Shown here: positions 12,808 to 25,259 of the stretch, piece by piece
Position numbering within the stretch: the stretch's first letter is position 1
Layout: each line of letters starts with the position of its first letter
Origin: Camelus dromedarius
Lineage: Eukaryota
NCBI RefSeq assembly: GCF_036321535.1
Contig: NC_087463.1
Coordinates: forward strand, 16,802,001-16,866,000
Direction of reading: 5' to 3'
DNA: 64,000 nt
The notes under the pieces: generated by a model
What the model saw: the letters and a program-made list of their open reading frames with translations, nothing else
Databases searched by the model: none
Told to the model about the DNA's origin: nothing
Program-made: the position numbers and the translations under genes

Positions 12808-13748
12808 GTCACATCACCAAAGATCTACAGATGGCAAATAAGCATATGAAAACATGTTCCATGTCATCAGGGAATTGCAAATCAAAACAACGATGAGACA
12901 CCACTACACATCCATTTGAATGACCAAACTCCAGAACACTGACAACACCAGATGCTGGCAAGGATGTGAAGCAACAGGAACTCTCATTCCTGGTGAGAAT
13001 GCAAAATGTATAGCCATTTTGGAGGATAGTTTGGTGGTTTCTTAAACTAAATGTACTCCCATCATTAGATCTAGCAGTTGCCCTCCTTGGTATTTACCCC
13101 CAGAAGCTGAAAACTTAGGTCCTGCACACAGATGTTTATAACAACTCTATTAGTAATTGACAAAACTTGGAAGCAACCGTATGTCCTTCAGTAACTGAGT
13201 GGNNNNNNNNNNNNNNNNNNNNNNNNNNNNNNNNNNNNNNNNNNNNNNNNNNNNNNNNNNNNNNNNNNNNNNNNNNNNNNNNNNNNNNNNNNNNNNNNNN
13301 NNNNNNNNNNNNNNNNNNNNNNNNNNNNNNNNNNNNNNNNNNNNNNNNNNNNNNNNNNNNNNNNNNNNNNNNNNNNNNNNNNNNNNNNNNNNNNNNNNNN
13401 NNNNNNNTTGTCAAGAGTTGGGGAGGTAAATAAGAGCACAGAGGATCTTTAGAGAGGTAAAACTACTTGTATAATACAACAATTGTGGAGACATGTCATC
13501 ATACGTTTGTCATACAATGTACACCACCAAGTGAACCATGACATAAACCACCACTGACTTTGGATGATAATGATTTATCATTGTATGTTCATCAGTTTTA
13601 ACAAAAACACCATTCTGGTGGGGAATGCTGACAAGAGGGGAGGCTGTGCAGTGTGGGGACAGGGGTATATAGGAAATCTCTGGACTTTCTGCTTAATTTT
13701 GCTGAGCACCGAAAACTGCTCTACAACACAGTCCCTTAAAAAAAAAAA
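12808..13748 (+). mobile_element. L1MC-like 3' end with poly(A), containing an assembly gap
   Basis: cagatggcaaataagcatatgaaaacatgttc...gatgctggcaaggatgtgaagcaacaggaactctcattc...ggggtatataggaaatctctg, ending in an A tail. Confidence 0.85.
13203..13407. other. Assembly gap (205 N)
   Basis: Run of N. Confidence 0.99.
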
Positions 13749-15778
13749 GTGGTGAGGTATTTTTTCTACTATTTATTCTCAAATCAGAGGATCAATGATG
13801 CATTGTCTGGTTATTGTTCCTCACTGCCACAAACAAGATGGAAGATTCATCTCCTGTGACAGGATCACCGTCTGGGTCAAGTTTACAGGACCTCGGGAAT
13901 TCTGATGTCAAGAATAAGACCCATCTCTAACCCAGAACCCTAATTTCCTAAAAGTTGTCAATAACAAAGCCAGTTCTATTTTCTATTTGCATACAGTAAA
14001 TCAGAAATTCTGTGTTGAATTGATTCCAGATTTCTCCTTCTCAGTGTGTCCTGCCACGGTCCTAAGATAGTTTCACTTTCTTGGAGGAAATTTCACTATA
14101 AACCCCAAAGGGAAAGATCAATTTCCTCTTCATCCTCTCTCTTTTCCTAGGCTTTCCACACCACAAAACCCATCAAATCCAACCCTAATCATCTATGAAA
14201 CTCAGGGAAGACATTTTGCTCCCCGTGATTATCAAGTTTCACTCCACAGATATCAGCTCAAATATTGTATTTTTTTAATTTGGAATTGCATGGGCAATAA
14301 TCAAGGTTTATATGCCAATGTAATGAAGAATCCAAGCCCTCCTGTAGAACCCAGTTCATTTCTCCAAATTAGGTTATTCTGATCTCACATAGGAAGATGA
14401 ATGACACTAAGAAAGAAGATTATAGTGGTTCAAGGTGGCTAATGACTTTATTTTTAAAGGAATCAAGAAACTTAACTGTGTATTTTAGCATCAAATATGT
14501 ATTATATAAATTTTGTGTAACTGTAGGCAGATTGGCACCTGTGCATAGTGGGCGGCTGAAGATTTATAGTCAATATTTAGTCAACAGCTCAGTCATTTTG
14601 TACTGGGTACAAATGTCTGTGACTTCTTTTACACATTATTTTCCACTGTGCTTATAAACTCATGTAATCTTTTTCCTGGCCAGTTACATTAAAAATTATT
14701 TAAATAATACATTTCAAAGACATCTGACATAGCAGAAAATAGGTCTGCAAGTTTGTTTATAGACACGGTATAATTTTAAAAAGCAGATTTAGAGCTGGTA
14801 GACCATCACGTCATTTGCCATTCCTAGAAATAAGATTCCTTACCTGTATAACAACAACAACAAAAAGCCAAATTAAGACCAGGACTTCATACTCCTTCTC
14901 AAATAATATTTTAATTTAGATAACTTGCTTGTATTTCACATATAACATTTATAAGCTCCTAATTGTATTTTAGTTATCTGTGTTTTTCACTCTACCCATT
15001 CCCCCTCCTTCCTCAAACTCCAGGTCCTTGAAGCCAGGGATTTTCATTCATTTGTATATTCCCTCCTCCAACTTGCTAATTAAAACAAAATTCTCTGATC
15101 ATAGCCTCCAATCTGTTCTGCTTACTTGTACAAATGCTCTCATTAGAAAAATTCTATCACCTCCCATGACTTCCAATCCATAGATGCCACTCTCGGTATT
15201 TGTCAATCTTCCTCGTCTTCATTTGCCTCTAGCATTCTTCCTCTCCATGCCAGTACTCAACCAGGTTAACAATGCTAGATAAATTTATAGAGCCAGTGGG
15301 CTTAGCATTTTTGTTCCCCTCCCTTGCATTAGTTATCCATATAACAGTAAGGTTGTTCCTGGTAAATATGTTGACAGGCATGACTCTGTTGACTGTCACA
15401 TAATTGGGTGTGTGCAAGTAGCTGTGTCTGGCTGCTGGTTCCCAGTCCAATCCCTAGTCATAGTCTTTAATCCCAATGTTAGATGTCTGTTTCAAGAGGC
15501 AAATGGGTACCTTCCAAGGCTTAACCTCCACTCTAGGGTTCTTTCCTGAGACTCCTCCCCAGAACACCCTTTATGTCTTCGTTGCCAGAAGTGGGATCTA
15601 TTTATGGGGATATTCTATGACAAAATGATCATGTCTTTTTACAAAAGACATGAAAAATTTTAAAGGAGAGTATGTACTTTTCCAGTTATCTTAAAAACCA
15701 GCCCCCTCTAAGTCTACGTATCAGCATCACAATGAAGTCTGGTTCCCCACTCTCTTCTCAGGCATGTAGCTCCACCTC

Positions 15779-15834
15779 TGTGTGCATGCGTGCGTGCGTG
15801 CATGCGTGTGTGTGTGTGTGTGTGTATGTGTGTA
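15779..15834. repeat. Compound (TG/CG/CA)n alternating purine-pyrimidine microsatellite
   Basis: tgtgtgcatgcgtgcgtgcgtgcatgcgtgtgtgtg...tatgtgtgta. Confidence 0.95.
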
Positions 15835-17768
15835 TTCAGAAGGGTACATCACTGGCAAAATAGGAGCAAGCACCATTCAATTCAGCTTTACCCTGACAGC
15901 CATTTCTTAGACTAAAGAAGAGCACACTCATTTTGGCTGGTACTGCTAAATTTGCCCTTTCTTTTCCTAAAATAGTAACTATTACCTCATTAAGAAAAAT
16001 CACAGTCCAAATTAGAAACTATAAAAATCATATTCAAAACTCACTCGTTCTAGGTATTCTTCTAAAAATCAATAATTTAATTTACTAAAAATTTAAAATA
16101 AGGTTTTTTTAAAACCTCTAAGGGTACATTGACCTACTCTCTCTTTCTCCTGAAGACCACCTTTTTTTTTCTGCCCAGAAGACTTAAAACATTCTCTTGT
16201 ATTTTTTCAAACTCAGCCTCATCACAGTCCACTGATATTTCCAAAATCAACAGTGACTTCTGAGAGTCAACCTCATTTCTGTTTGACAGCTCTCCCACAA
16301 GTTACACAAGTGGTCACCTCCCAATGATTTGGCTCTAAATCTAGGGTTTGTACAAGCAAGAGTTCATAATCAACCTGCGGTGTGAATATTTGCTAGCAGG
16401 TGAATTTTTACAAAAGCTCTAAGTTGCCACTACATAAAGCAAGTAAGATTCTCACTCCGCAAGCTCAGATGTGCAAGAGGTCAACTTTATTTTTCCATTA
16501 CTCCACTTCCTTTCTGAGTCTCTATTCTGTGGCAGTAGTGGGCAGTTCATACCCAGCAATCAGCAACTCTGCTTTTCCTGGAGTTGGACTAATTTTCTGA
16601 GGACAGGAAAGAGCTTTCATAGTAGCAAGACATTGCTAAGGGCATCTACTATTCCTCTACACAAAGTTTCCCCAAGACATCCCTTGTGGCTGTCTGCACG
16701 ATCCCTTCACACCTGGTTGTTCTCTCCACTATTTATATTCCTAGAGACCCAAGAACTATTTGGGCTTTGGTGCCATGCTGGGGCACCAGAATCTCTGTGA
16801 AGCCATCCACAATCCCATTTGCCTAGCTTGAGAAGGGGGAAAATTACTGTTTCCCCAGACTTAATCCATTTTCAGCTCTCGAGGAGAACAGAGCTATCAC
16901 AGGTAAAAGTCCTTTAATACAGCACATTTGAAATTTAGTCAAGCATGGGGAATATAAAACTTTTACCCACACAACTCATGGACTAAAGACATATGATGTA
17001 TGCATTTTGCTATGACCAACCTGTGGGTTTCTGACCTGATGATCATCAGTATTCACTGCTAATTCATGTTAGGTTCTCAGCTGCATTCACAGAGCGCTGG
17101 CAATGGTATCTATCCTACTGAGTAGAACATCTGAGAAGGTTTCTCTGATTAATGTGTCTAACAGCAAAATGTTCCTATTCCACTGCTAATACATGACGTA
17201 CTCAAGTAGCCTAACTTCTAACACTTACCTCTTTTTTCTGCTTTCCTTGGGTCTCATGTCCCAATTTTAAAATCTTTATGGCCATAAGGCCATATATAGA
17301 AATGCTGCCTCCCTGTTACACTTGATTTTGTGCCAATACCATGATTCATTTTATATAGGCAGCTCAATCCAGCATTTCCTCTCCAGCCTAAAATCTCATT
17401 GTGTTTCGTTCAGCTCACTGGATCAAAAATATATTGCCATATCATTTTCTCCACTGGAAAACATACTTACTATCATTATTTTTTTTCATGAAAATCAGGC
17501 TGTATCCTTTGCACACTGCTCCTCATCTCTCCTACCAATGCCTCTTTCCACCCCTGCCTAAATTTTTTCATCATTCCAATAAACTGATACATTGGAATGG
17601 AATAAATTTAGTTTCAGTCTCAGGGATCAACTTATGATCTTCTTAAATAAGCCTCTCTTTAATTGATGAGTCTACTGCAAATTGCATATTTCAGTTTACT
17701 CTGTAAGGAATACAATTAAACTAAGGCAAGGCTGGTTATGACTCATGTATAATAAAATGAAAACAGTA

Positions 17769-18091
17769 NNNNNNNNNNNNNNNNNNNNNNNNNNNNNNNN
17801 NNNNNNNNNNNNNNNNNNNNNNNNNNNNNNNNNNNNNNNNNNNNNNNNNNNNNNNNNNNNNNNNNNNNNNNNNNNNNNNNNNNNNNNNNNNNNNNNNNNN
17901 NATAATGTTCTCTTCCTCCTTACCTTAGTNNNNNNNNNNNNNNNNNNNNNNNNNNNNNNNNNNNNNNNNNNNNNNNNNNNNNNNNNNNNNNNNNNNNNNN
18001 NNNNNNNNNNNNNNNNNNNNNNNNNNNNNNNNNNNNNNNNNNNNNNNNNNNNNNNNNNNNNNNNNNNNNNNNNNNNNNNNNNNNNNNNNNN
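17769..18091. other. Two assembly gaps (17769-17901, 17930-18091) separated by a 28-bp island
   Basis: Runs of N around ataatgttctcttcctccttaccttagt. Confidence 0.99.
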
Positions 18092-20749
18092 CCTGTGGTC
18101 TCAGCCTCTTTCCAAATTCTATCAGAAAAGGAAAACCGTGACATCACACTACCCAGCCAAGAAGATCCAGGGGACCTCTCCAGCCTGCTAATGAGCATTA
18201 ACTCCGTCTAGACTGTCAAGGCCAGACCGTACAAAGTGAGGTAGATACTGTTTAACATGGGGGTAGATATAGGTAGTGAGATAATAATCTAAAAATTCAT
18301 TTGTTTCTTCAGCTAACTTGTGAAAGACTTAAAGGCAAAAACTGGACCCTGATATGCGCCATACAGCTGAGATTATGTGCAAGTGAAAACGAACCAAGGG
18401 AGACGGAATAAGTGTAGAAATCTAGACGTGAAGGAAAGCCTGAGACTACAGTGTAATTCCTTCAGTTCAAAAGAGGCAAAGGGAACTTAATGTCGACTCT
18501 TCTCTCTTCCCATAAGGGTGTTGTCTATTTCTAAAGTTCTTCCACCAGATTTAAGTACACCCATAACTCTAATACCAGCACAATTTTATTTCTAAGACTC
18601 AATTCACAGGAGCCAGGTGTTCCTGTCGAGTGGTATCAATGTTAGCGAGTAATGGGCAAGTTATTCACCTTGGAGCATATGATAGAGACAAAATCGTGCA
18701 TTTTCCAGTAAGACAGTTTCCCAAAAGAAACCTAGCTTGGGGAATATCAGAACTGAGAATCAAAGGATGACATGGGGTCAGTCTTTGATGTCCCCGTGAC
18801 ATTCAATATGAACTGAGTAAATAAAGACTGAAATACTATTATCACAGTCTAGAAGCCTAGATGACCAGGGCCCGAGTCAAGGGAAGAGGAAGTAGTTGCC
18901 ACTGGGACATATCCTGAGAGTTGAGAGGCTGGCCTTCTGGGACTGAGTACATCCAATCACCACCGAGTAGCTGAGTCTCCCTGGAAAGTCTCCGGGCTCC
19001 GGTACGTAGACTCCGCCACTCATGCAGCGCTACCTCCGTTAGCCACGCTAGTAGAGACAGCTGCCTTGGAATGAGAATAGGCACTACTCATTCCTGTACT
19101 CATTCTACCCAGGTTAAAACTCATCTGCCGATAGTACCTTCTATCATGCACTGCAGATCATTCTAATAAAGTTACTTCAATTTGATCTCTTTTTTATTCA
19201 CAACATACCCTTTGATGGAAGAGAAAAGAAAAAGAAAAATGCCCAAGAAATAAAAAGGCAGACGTAGGATGGGCTGAGGAAACTCACATTTACTGAGTTC
19301 CTTCTCTGTTAGAAGCACTGTGTGGGTTTTTTACATCACTGACCAGTTTTGTTTGTTTGTTTTTATATCAGTGATCAGTTTTTTTTTAAATATCATTTAA
19401 GATTAATAGGGAAACAAGGTAATGTCACTTAATACTAGACAAATAAAGGTTAAACATAAATTCAGGGCCATAGGTCTATATAGTTTATAACATTCCTGAC
19501 TCAGATTCTACAGTAATAGGTAGCTTGTAAGTCTATAAATAATGTTGATTTTTATGTTCATTGTTCCTAAGATTGCAAACTAATGCTTACAACATGGTAA
19601 CATCTATTTTAAATCAATTTCCTGCAAATTAATTATATTATTTTTATTAGTAAACTAAAACACAGTATATTTGGGCAATGTAAATTCACAGAGATCCAAA
19701 GATTATAAAGGAGATAAAAACTGTTGTTTACAGAGACTCTCCAGAAGGGTTTATGAAATTATTCTTTCACTATTAAAAATGAGAAATCATAAAACAAGGA
19801 GATTGTAACAAATCTTTGGCATAAATTCACATGAAGACTGTCTGCCAACATTTTAATTAAGGAGAATGGGTTGGCTTGCTTATCAAATATAATTGAGAGA
19901 GTATTGACCCAAGGTTGATTTGTCTAAGGGGCAGTAGAGAGAACATGAGATTCTAGACACAGCCTCTCTCACATTTCCCCCTTGATATACTTTGAAAAGA
20001 ACTTTCTCCCTCACCCTGCCTTCCAAGAACTGAAACAGTTAAATAAAAGTATTTGGCTGGATCTGACAGTCAGGTTCTGCGGACATATAAAACCTGGTGC
20101 TGAAGGGACTTTCTGAAGGCAGGTACCAAAGGGATCCTATGCCTTTGGGAATCAAGTAGGATTCCTGTGATGGAGGAGGGTTCTTGCCTTCCCCTGGCTG
20201 TAACTTGGTCCTCAACAAGTGTGCTGGTAAGATTTGTTGAACTACTTCTGACTGCAGAATGACATTGATTTAACCCTGCCAGCATACAGAGATAACTTCT
20301 TGAGTTTAAAAAACAATATACATTCAAGAAAAAAAATGGAAATCAGCTGACAAAAATACCCTAGCAAATACATCCCTTGATTCCTTAATGTCATCCTCTT
20401 TATGAGCCAGATTTTCTCATAGCCTAAACTGTTCCCTAGTTATAAATTAAGCGCCATATGAATAACTTGCTTGCTGGTATTCTAGTGATCTAAGGTTAAT
20501 GTTTAACTATTAACAGGAAATAAGATTCCAGGCACTATGGTTTGAGAAGAGTACCACTGGGGTACCAGGTAGCAAATCCTGTTTAAGTCTTATAATAAAG
20601 AAGTAATGTAAGTGCTGCAAGAATGTGAGCCAATGAAGAAATTGATGTGAAAAGAATATTTCCCCTGGGCTGGGGTATTTTATGTTTCAATATTGAAACT
20701 TGAACATTTTTTGCATCAGAAAAGTTATTCTTAGTTGTTGGCAGAGTAA

Positions 20750-20937
20750 NNNNNNNNNNNNNNNNNNNNNNNNNNNNNNNNNNNNNNNNNNNNNNNNNNN
20801 NNNNNNNNNNNNNNNNNNNNNNNNNNNNNNNNNNNNNNNNNNNNNNNNNNNNNNNNNNNNNNNNNNNNNNNNNNNNNNNNNNNNNNNNNNNNNNNNNNNN
20901 NNNNNNNNNNNNNNNNNNNNNNNNNNNNNNNNNNNNN
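20750..20937. other. Assembly gap (188 N)
   Basis: Run of N. Confidence 0.99.
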
Positions 20938-21521
20938 ATCCTAGGATGAATGGTGCAATACAAGTCTAAAATATCAAGACCTTATAAATAGTGTCAGTGT
21001 GCAATGGATCTCAGTGCCTTCCAACTCGCCATCAATTTTGGCTTAGAGAAAAGGAAACAATTATGAACTCAGTCATTTGCTTCTTGTTACTAGTTTTTCA
21101 GAGATTTTCAAGGTGATCCATGCATTCTTAAGATATAAAGGAGAACCTCTTTTGGTCTCAGGGTCTCTTGATAGAGAATTCATTGACTCATGTAGGCAAT
21201 TATACCAAAAAAAAAAAGTCAATTGTCTTTTTTTTCTCTTAAATTACTCAGACTCATAGAGGAAATGAGATTTTGCTAGAGGTAACTTTAAAATAATTCA
21301 ACCCTCTTGGTAAGCAAGTCCACCATCTCTCTTGGGTAACAAGGCACCTAGGTGCTATACTTCACATTACGATCTTTTTTTTTTTTTTTTAATCTTAACC
21401 AGCCTTCTGCGTAGATCAGGCTAATCTCAAAGTGATGAGTAATTTCTGCCTTAACCTTATGACACCTCAAGGTGTTTCTCCATTAGTCTTAGATTAAAAT
21501 TAGTTTGAATTTTCTCAGGCT

Positions 21522-21745
21522 AAGAAGCAGCATAGTGAAAAGAGGCTTAATCCTGGAATCAGATAGCCCTGCTGAGATTCCAACTTTACCGCTGACGAGG
21601 TGTGAATCACTGGGCAGTAATCAAACTGCCCTGGAGCTCAAATTTTCATTGAGTGAAATGGAGATAATAATATTTACCTTTGTATATGATTATAAGGATT
21701 AAATGAACTAATGTGTGTAACTAGTACATGTTCAATAAATAAGAG
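21522..21745 (+). mobile_element. MIR SINE
   Basis: gcagcatagtgaaaagag...ctggaatcagatagccctg...gtgtgaatcactgggcag...aaatggagataataatatttacc. Confidence 0.85.
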
Positions 21746-21914
21746 TGGAAATAGAGAGATGGGGACCTGAGAAGGGGATCCTGCAAAAAAAAGAGACCTT
21801 TTTTTTTGGAATTAAAAAAAACTGTAACATTTGTTTAATGTTTAAAAAGAAGCATTGTCAACTCCCAAAAGGTGGTTTTAAACAAATTCCATCAGAGTCT
21901 TCTAGTCACACAAC

Positions 21915-22100
21915 ACTTTAAAGCAGTAAAGTGCAGCTGGGACCAGCAGCAACAGCAGCAGTAGCACTCGGAAAACTCTTAGAAATGTAAATTCTTGGGC
22001 CCCACCCCAGACCTACCAACTCAAAAACTTTGAGGAAGGGGCCTAGCAACCTGTATACAAGCCCTCCAATGCAGGCCCAAGTTTGAGAAACACCGTTCTC
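21915..22100 (+). mobile_element. MER5A (hAT-Charlie)
   Basis: ttagaaatgtaaattcttgggccccaccccagacctac...caagccctcc...aagtttgagaaacac. Confidence 0.85.
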
Positions 22101-22965
22101 AGCCTTCCGTCAAATGTCAGCATAACCCCTAAAGCTTCCTCTGTGGGGATGTGAAGAGTCCCAGTAGATTTGCTAAATGATCTTGAATCCCCACTTCCTC
22201 CCTCTTGGCATTCCTCTCCTGTTCTTTATTCAGGACTAATTGATGTTCACACTGGCCAATTAGTCAATGCTACAATTCAAATGGCCCCAGCTGTATCCAG
22301 ACTTAACATGAAAGGTTTCCTAAAATATTTAAGTGGGTTTTTTTTTTAAAAAAACATTGCAGATTTTCCTACTTGAAAAACGAGCATTTGGACCTATTTT
22401 TATTGAAGTACAAAGGTATAGTCATGTATTGTGTTCATGTGTTGCATCCTCTATATTACTTCACATGTTCATTAAATACAAACACTGCTAAAACTAGTTT
22501 GTTAAGACTTCTACAAGTTGAGATTATATCTGAGCTCAGTCCTAAAAAAACAGGAAAACTCGCTTATACCAAAAGGTGGAGGAGAATGGAGAATTTCAGG
22601 TGGAGGTTAATCACAGCAGCAACTTGGTGTTTTTTAAAACGTGACAGTGAGTCAATGGAGAATTGTTGGGAAAATATAATTAAAAACAAATTTTTCTCCC
22701 AATGCAGGAAACCCTCCACAAACTCAGAAGAGAAAGAAAATAATTTCATTATTGAATCAGCATTAAGCCAGAATGTGATACTCATTACAGTCAATCTGCT
22801 AAGAGATTAAAGACTGCAAGACATATCCTTTCACAGAGCCAAGCAGATCAACTCTTTACATACATGTTCTTGAGATAAACAATAACTAGTCAAGTAAGAG
22901 GACTTGACAGCACCATTTGTCATACATAGTTCTTCCTAAATTTATTTAGTAGTTAGGGTGACCAT

Positions 22966-23365
22966 CTGTGTTAGCTAATTGGTTTTATCCAAAGGAAAAA
23001 TTAACTTTTCTTTATGGCAAGAAGTAGTTTTGTAACTTGGAGCTACATACCCACTGAAGTTAGGCTCCTACCCTCCCAAAGAAACTGGGCAATGGGGGCT
23101 CTGCTCTATCTTCTTGGATGATGACATTTCAAAGAGACGGTTCTAAATCCTTGAGAAAGGCATTCCTGGGTCCAAAAGCTGGCAAGAGTCAATTTAGTTT
23201 TTAAAGAGATTTACATGCATTTCAAAGACACAGTAGAATTTCACAATTATTCAACTTCTCTAAAGTAAGTGCTCTAAGAATAGGGAGTGGGAGGAAGGCT
23301 CTTCCTTTATTTTCAACAGGGAGGATTAAACTTGTTATTTTCATTTATATTCACCCTTGCAAGGC
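22966..23365 (-). mobile_element. ERV1-class solo LTR (MER34/MER39-like)
   Basis: acatttcaaagagacggttctaaatccttgagaaaggcattcctggg...agatttacatgcatttcaaag...ctaaagtaagtgctctaagaataggga. Confidence 0.6.
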
Positions 23366-23399
23366 ATGAATTAAAGTCCACAGGAGACTAGATTTTGTA

Positions 23400-23965
23400 G
23401 GGTCTTTAGAATAGTTTGTATATGACTTTCAGAGAAATGGAAACCCACTGAAGGTTTGTGACATGATTTAATTGGTATCTTTAAGGAGACATTTAGCCCC
23501 CTTGATATACATACTGAGAAAGGCACAACATCACTTTTGTCACAGCTCTTGCCAAAAATGTGTGTTCTGAATTTAACTGTAGAATAGAAAAGACAAACCC
23601 AAATTGAGGGACATTCTACAAAAGAACTAACCGTACTTTTCACAAAGTCAAGGTCATAAAAGAGAGGAAGATTGAGGACCCATCACAAATTGCAGAAGAC
23701 TAAAGAGACTTGACAACTAACTGTAAATGCAGGATTCTTGATTAGAACCTAGACCAGAAAATTAGTGGGAAAACTGTTAAAAATTGAATAAGGTCTGTTA
23801 CCTTGGTTAATGGTACTGCATCAATGTTAATTTCCTTGTTTCCTTAATTGGCTATGTAAGACATTAACAGTAGAGGAAGCTGGGTGAAGGATATATGGGA
23901 ACTCTGCACTATTTTTGGAACTTTTCTATAGGCCTAAAATTATTTCCAAATTAAAATTTTTATTT
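23400..23965 (+). mobile_element. L1MC/MD-like 3' UTR
   Basis: gtcaaggtcataaaagag...gactaaagagacttgacaactaa...gaagctgggtgaaggatatatgggaactctg. Confidence 0.8.
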
Positions 23966-24959
23966 ACATTAAATATCATTTAAGCTACTAATATTCTGAT
24001 TAGGGGAGAGGGAAGATAGAGGCAGCAAAGATGGAGAAGATTAGTAATGAAGGCATATTTTTCAGACAGAATTGACAGTATTTGGAGATCTACTGAGTGT
24101 GAGAAGTAAAGGACAGGGATCATATCTAGACACTTCAAACCCTAGTTTAGACCTAATTTACACATGCAACCTGCATGTGTGAGACTTGTTTCTTACCAAT
24201 ATTTAGTTTTGGATTCATTTTCTTCCTCTACACTCCCGAGAAGTTACTCCTAAATCTTAAAAAGCAAACAAGTAAGAAATAAAGGGCTAACTAGAACCCT
24301 AGCCAAACCTTTTGGTCCTCTTAATTTAGCCAATTGTGGAAGCCAAAAAAATATCACCACCTGTCTAATCTTTATTTAGAGTTATATTGCATCAGGTGGA
24401 CTTACCTCGTTTTAACTAAACTTCACAAAATTGACAAGTGCATATAAAAGATAATACTAATAAGAAAAATGACAGAAATGACATTCCTAATTCTAGTATC
24501 AGCTCTTCATCCACCACATTAAAACTTCACTGTGCTTAAGTGAGCGCAATTAAGTCAGACAAAGCAATAACCTACTACTCTGTACTTTAAAAAAATAAGT
24601 AATTACAACCTACCCCTTTCCAGGTAAGGATGCCTTTTCATGGAGACTGAGAACATTACTACTTTTTACAAGAGACTTATGCTATGCCTTCATAGCATTT
24701 TATGCTCAGAAACATCTGAAATGACTGCTTAGAAATATTTGCATTGATAATGTGATTTTGCCACCATAAACAAAGTCTTCCTCAGAGCTCTCATTGTGGA
24801 GAAGTGAGGTCTAAAGCATTCTTACCTCCACTCTTCCAAAGACTTTTAAAGAAACAGGCAACTGTTTCTGTCTTTGCTGGCCTGACCCTGGGGCAGACTC
24901 CAGCGTGCGTTCATGGCTGACCCGGGAAAGTAACAGCGGACTCAGGAGTTCTTTTCAGG

Positions 24960-25200
24960 AAGCATTTGGACTCAGAAGTTACACTCCTCGAACTCATACC
25001 TTAGGTGGGCCACTTATTAGCTATGTGGACTTGGGCAAGTTTTGTATCTTCTTGAGCCCAAGTTTTTCATTAGAAAGTGATGGTTACGATAACACCTGCC
25101 TCATAGTGCTGCTGAGAGGATTTACTAAGCCAAGAAATATAGTTTTTAAATTGAGCAGAAAAAAGTTGAGTACTGTTATCTTGTTTACCTAGTGGTAGGA
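24960..25200 (+). mobile_element. MIR SINE
   Basis: ccacttattagctatgtggacttgggcaagt...cctgcctcatagtgctgctgagaggattta. Confidence 0.7.
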
Positions 25201-25259
25201 AGTTCCTTAGTTCTTGGTTTCAGAATTCTCCTGCCCCTGGATAAACCACTGTGTTCTCC

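Noticed and set aside
14842-17312. Small open minus-strand exons at ~14842-14895 (KEYEVLVLIWLFVVVVIQ) and 17229-17312
   Set aside because: Good donors, but the acceptors lack polypyrimidine tracts and the phases do not chain with neighbouring candidates.
20583-20749. GPI-signal-like tail ...RGNILFTSISSLAHILAALTLLLYYKT* on the minus strand
   Set aside because: No convincing acceptor in the visible sequence and it is adjacent to a gap. Hydrophobic runs are common in T-rich frames.
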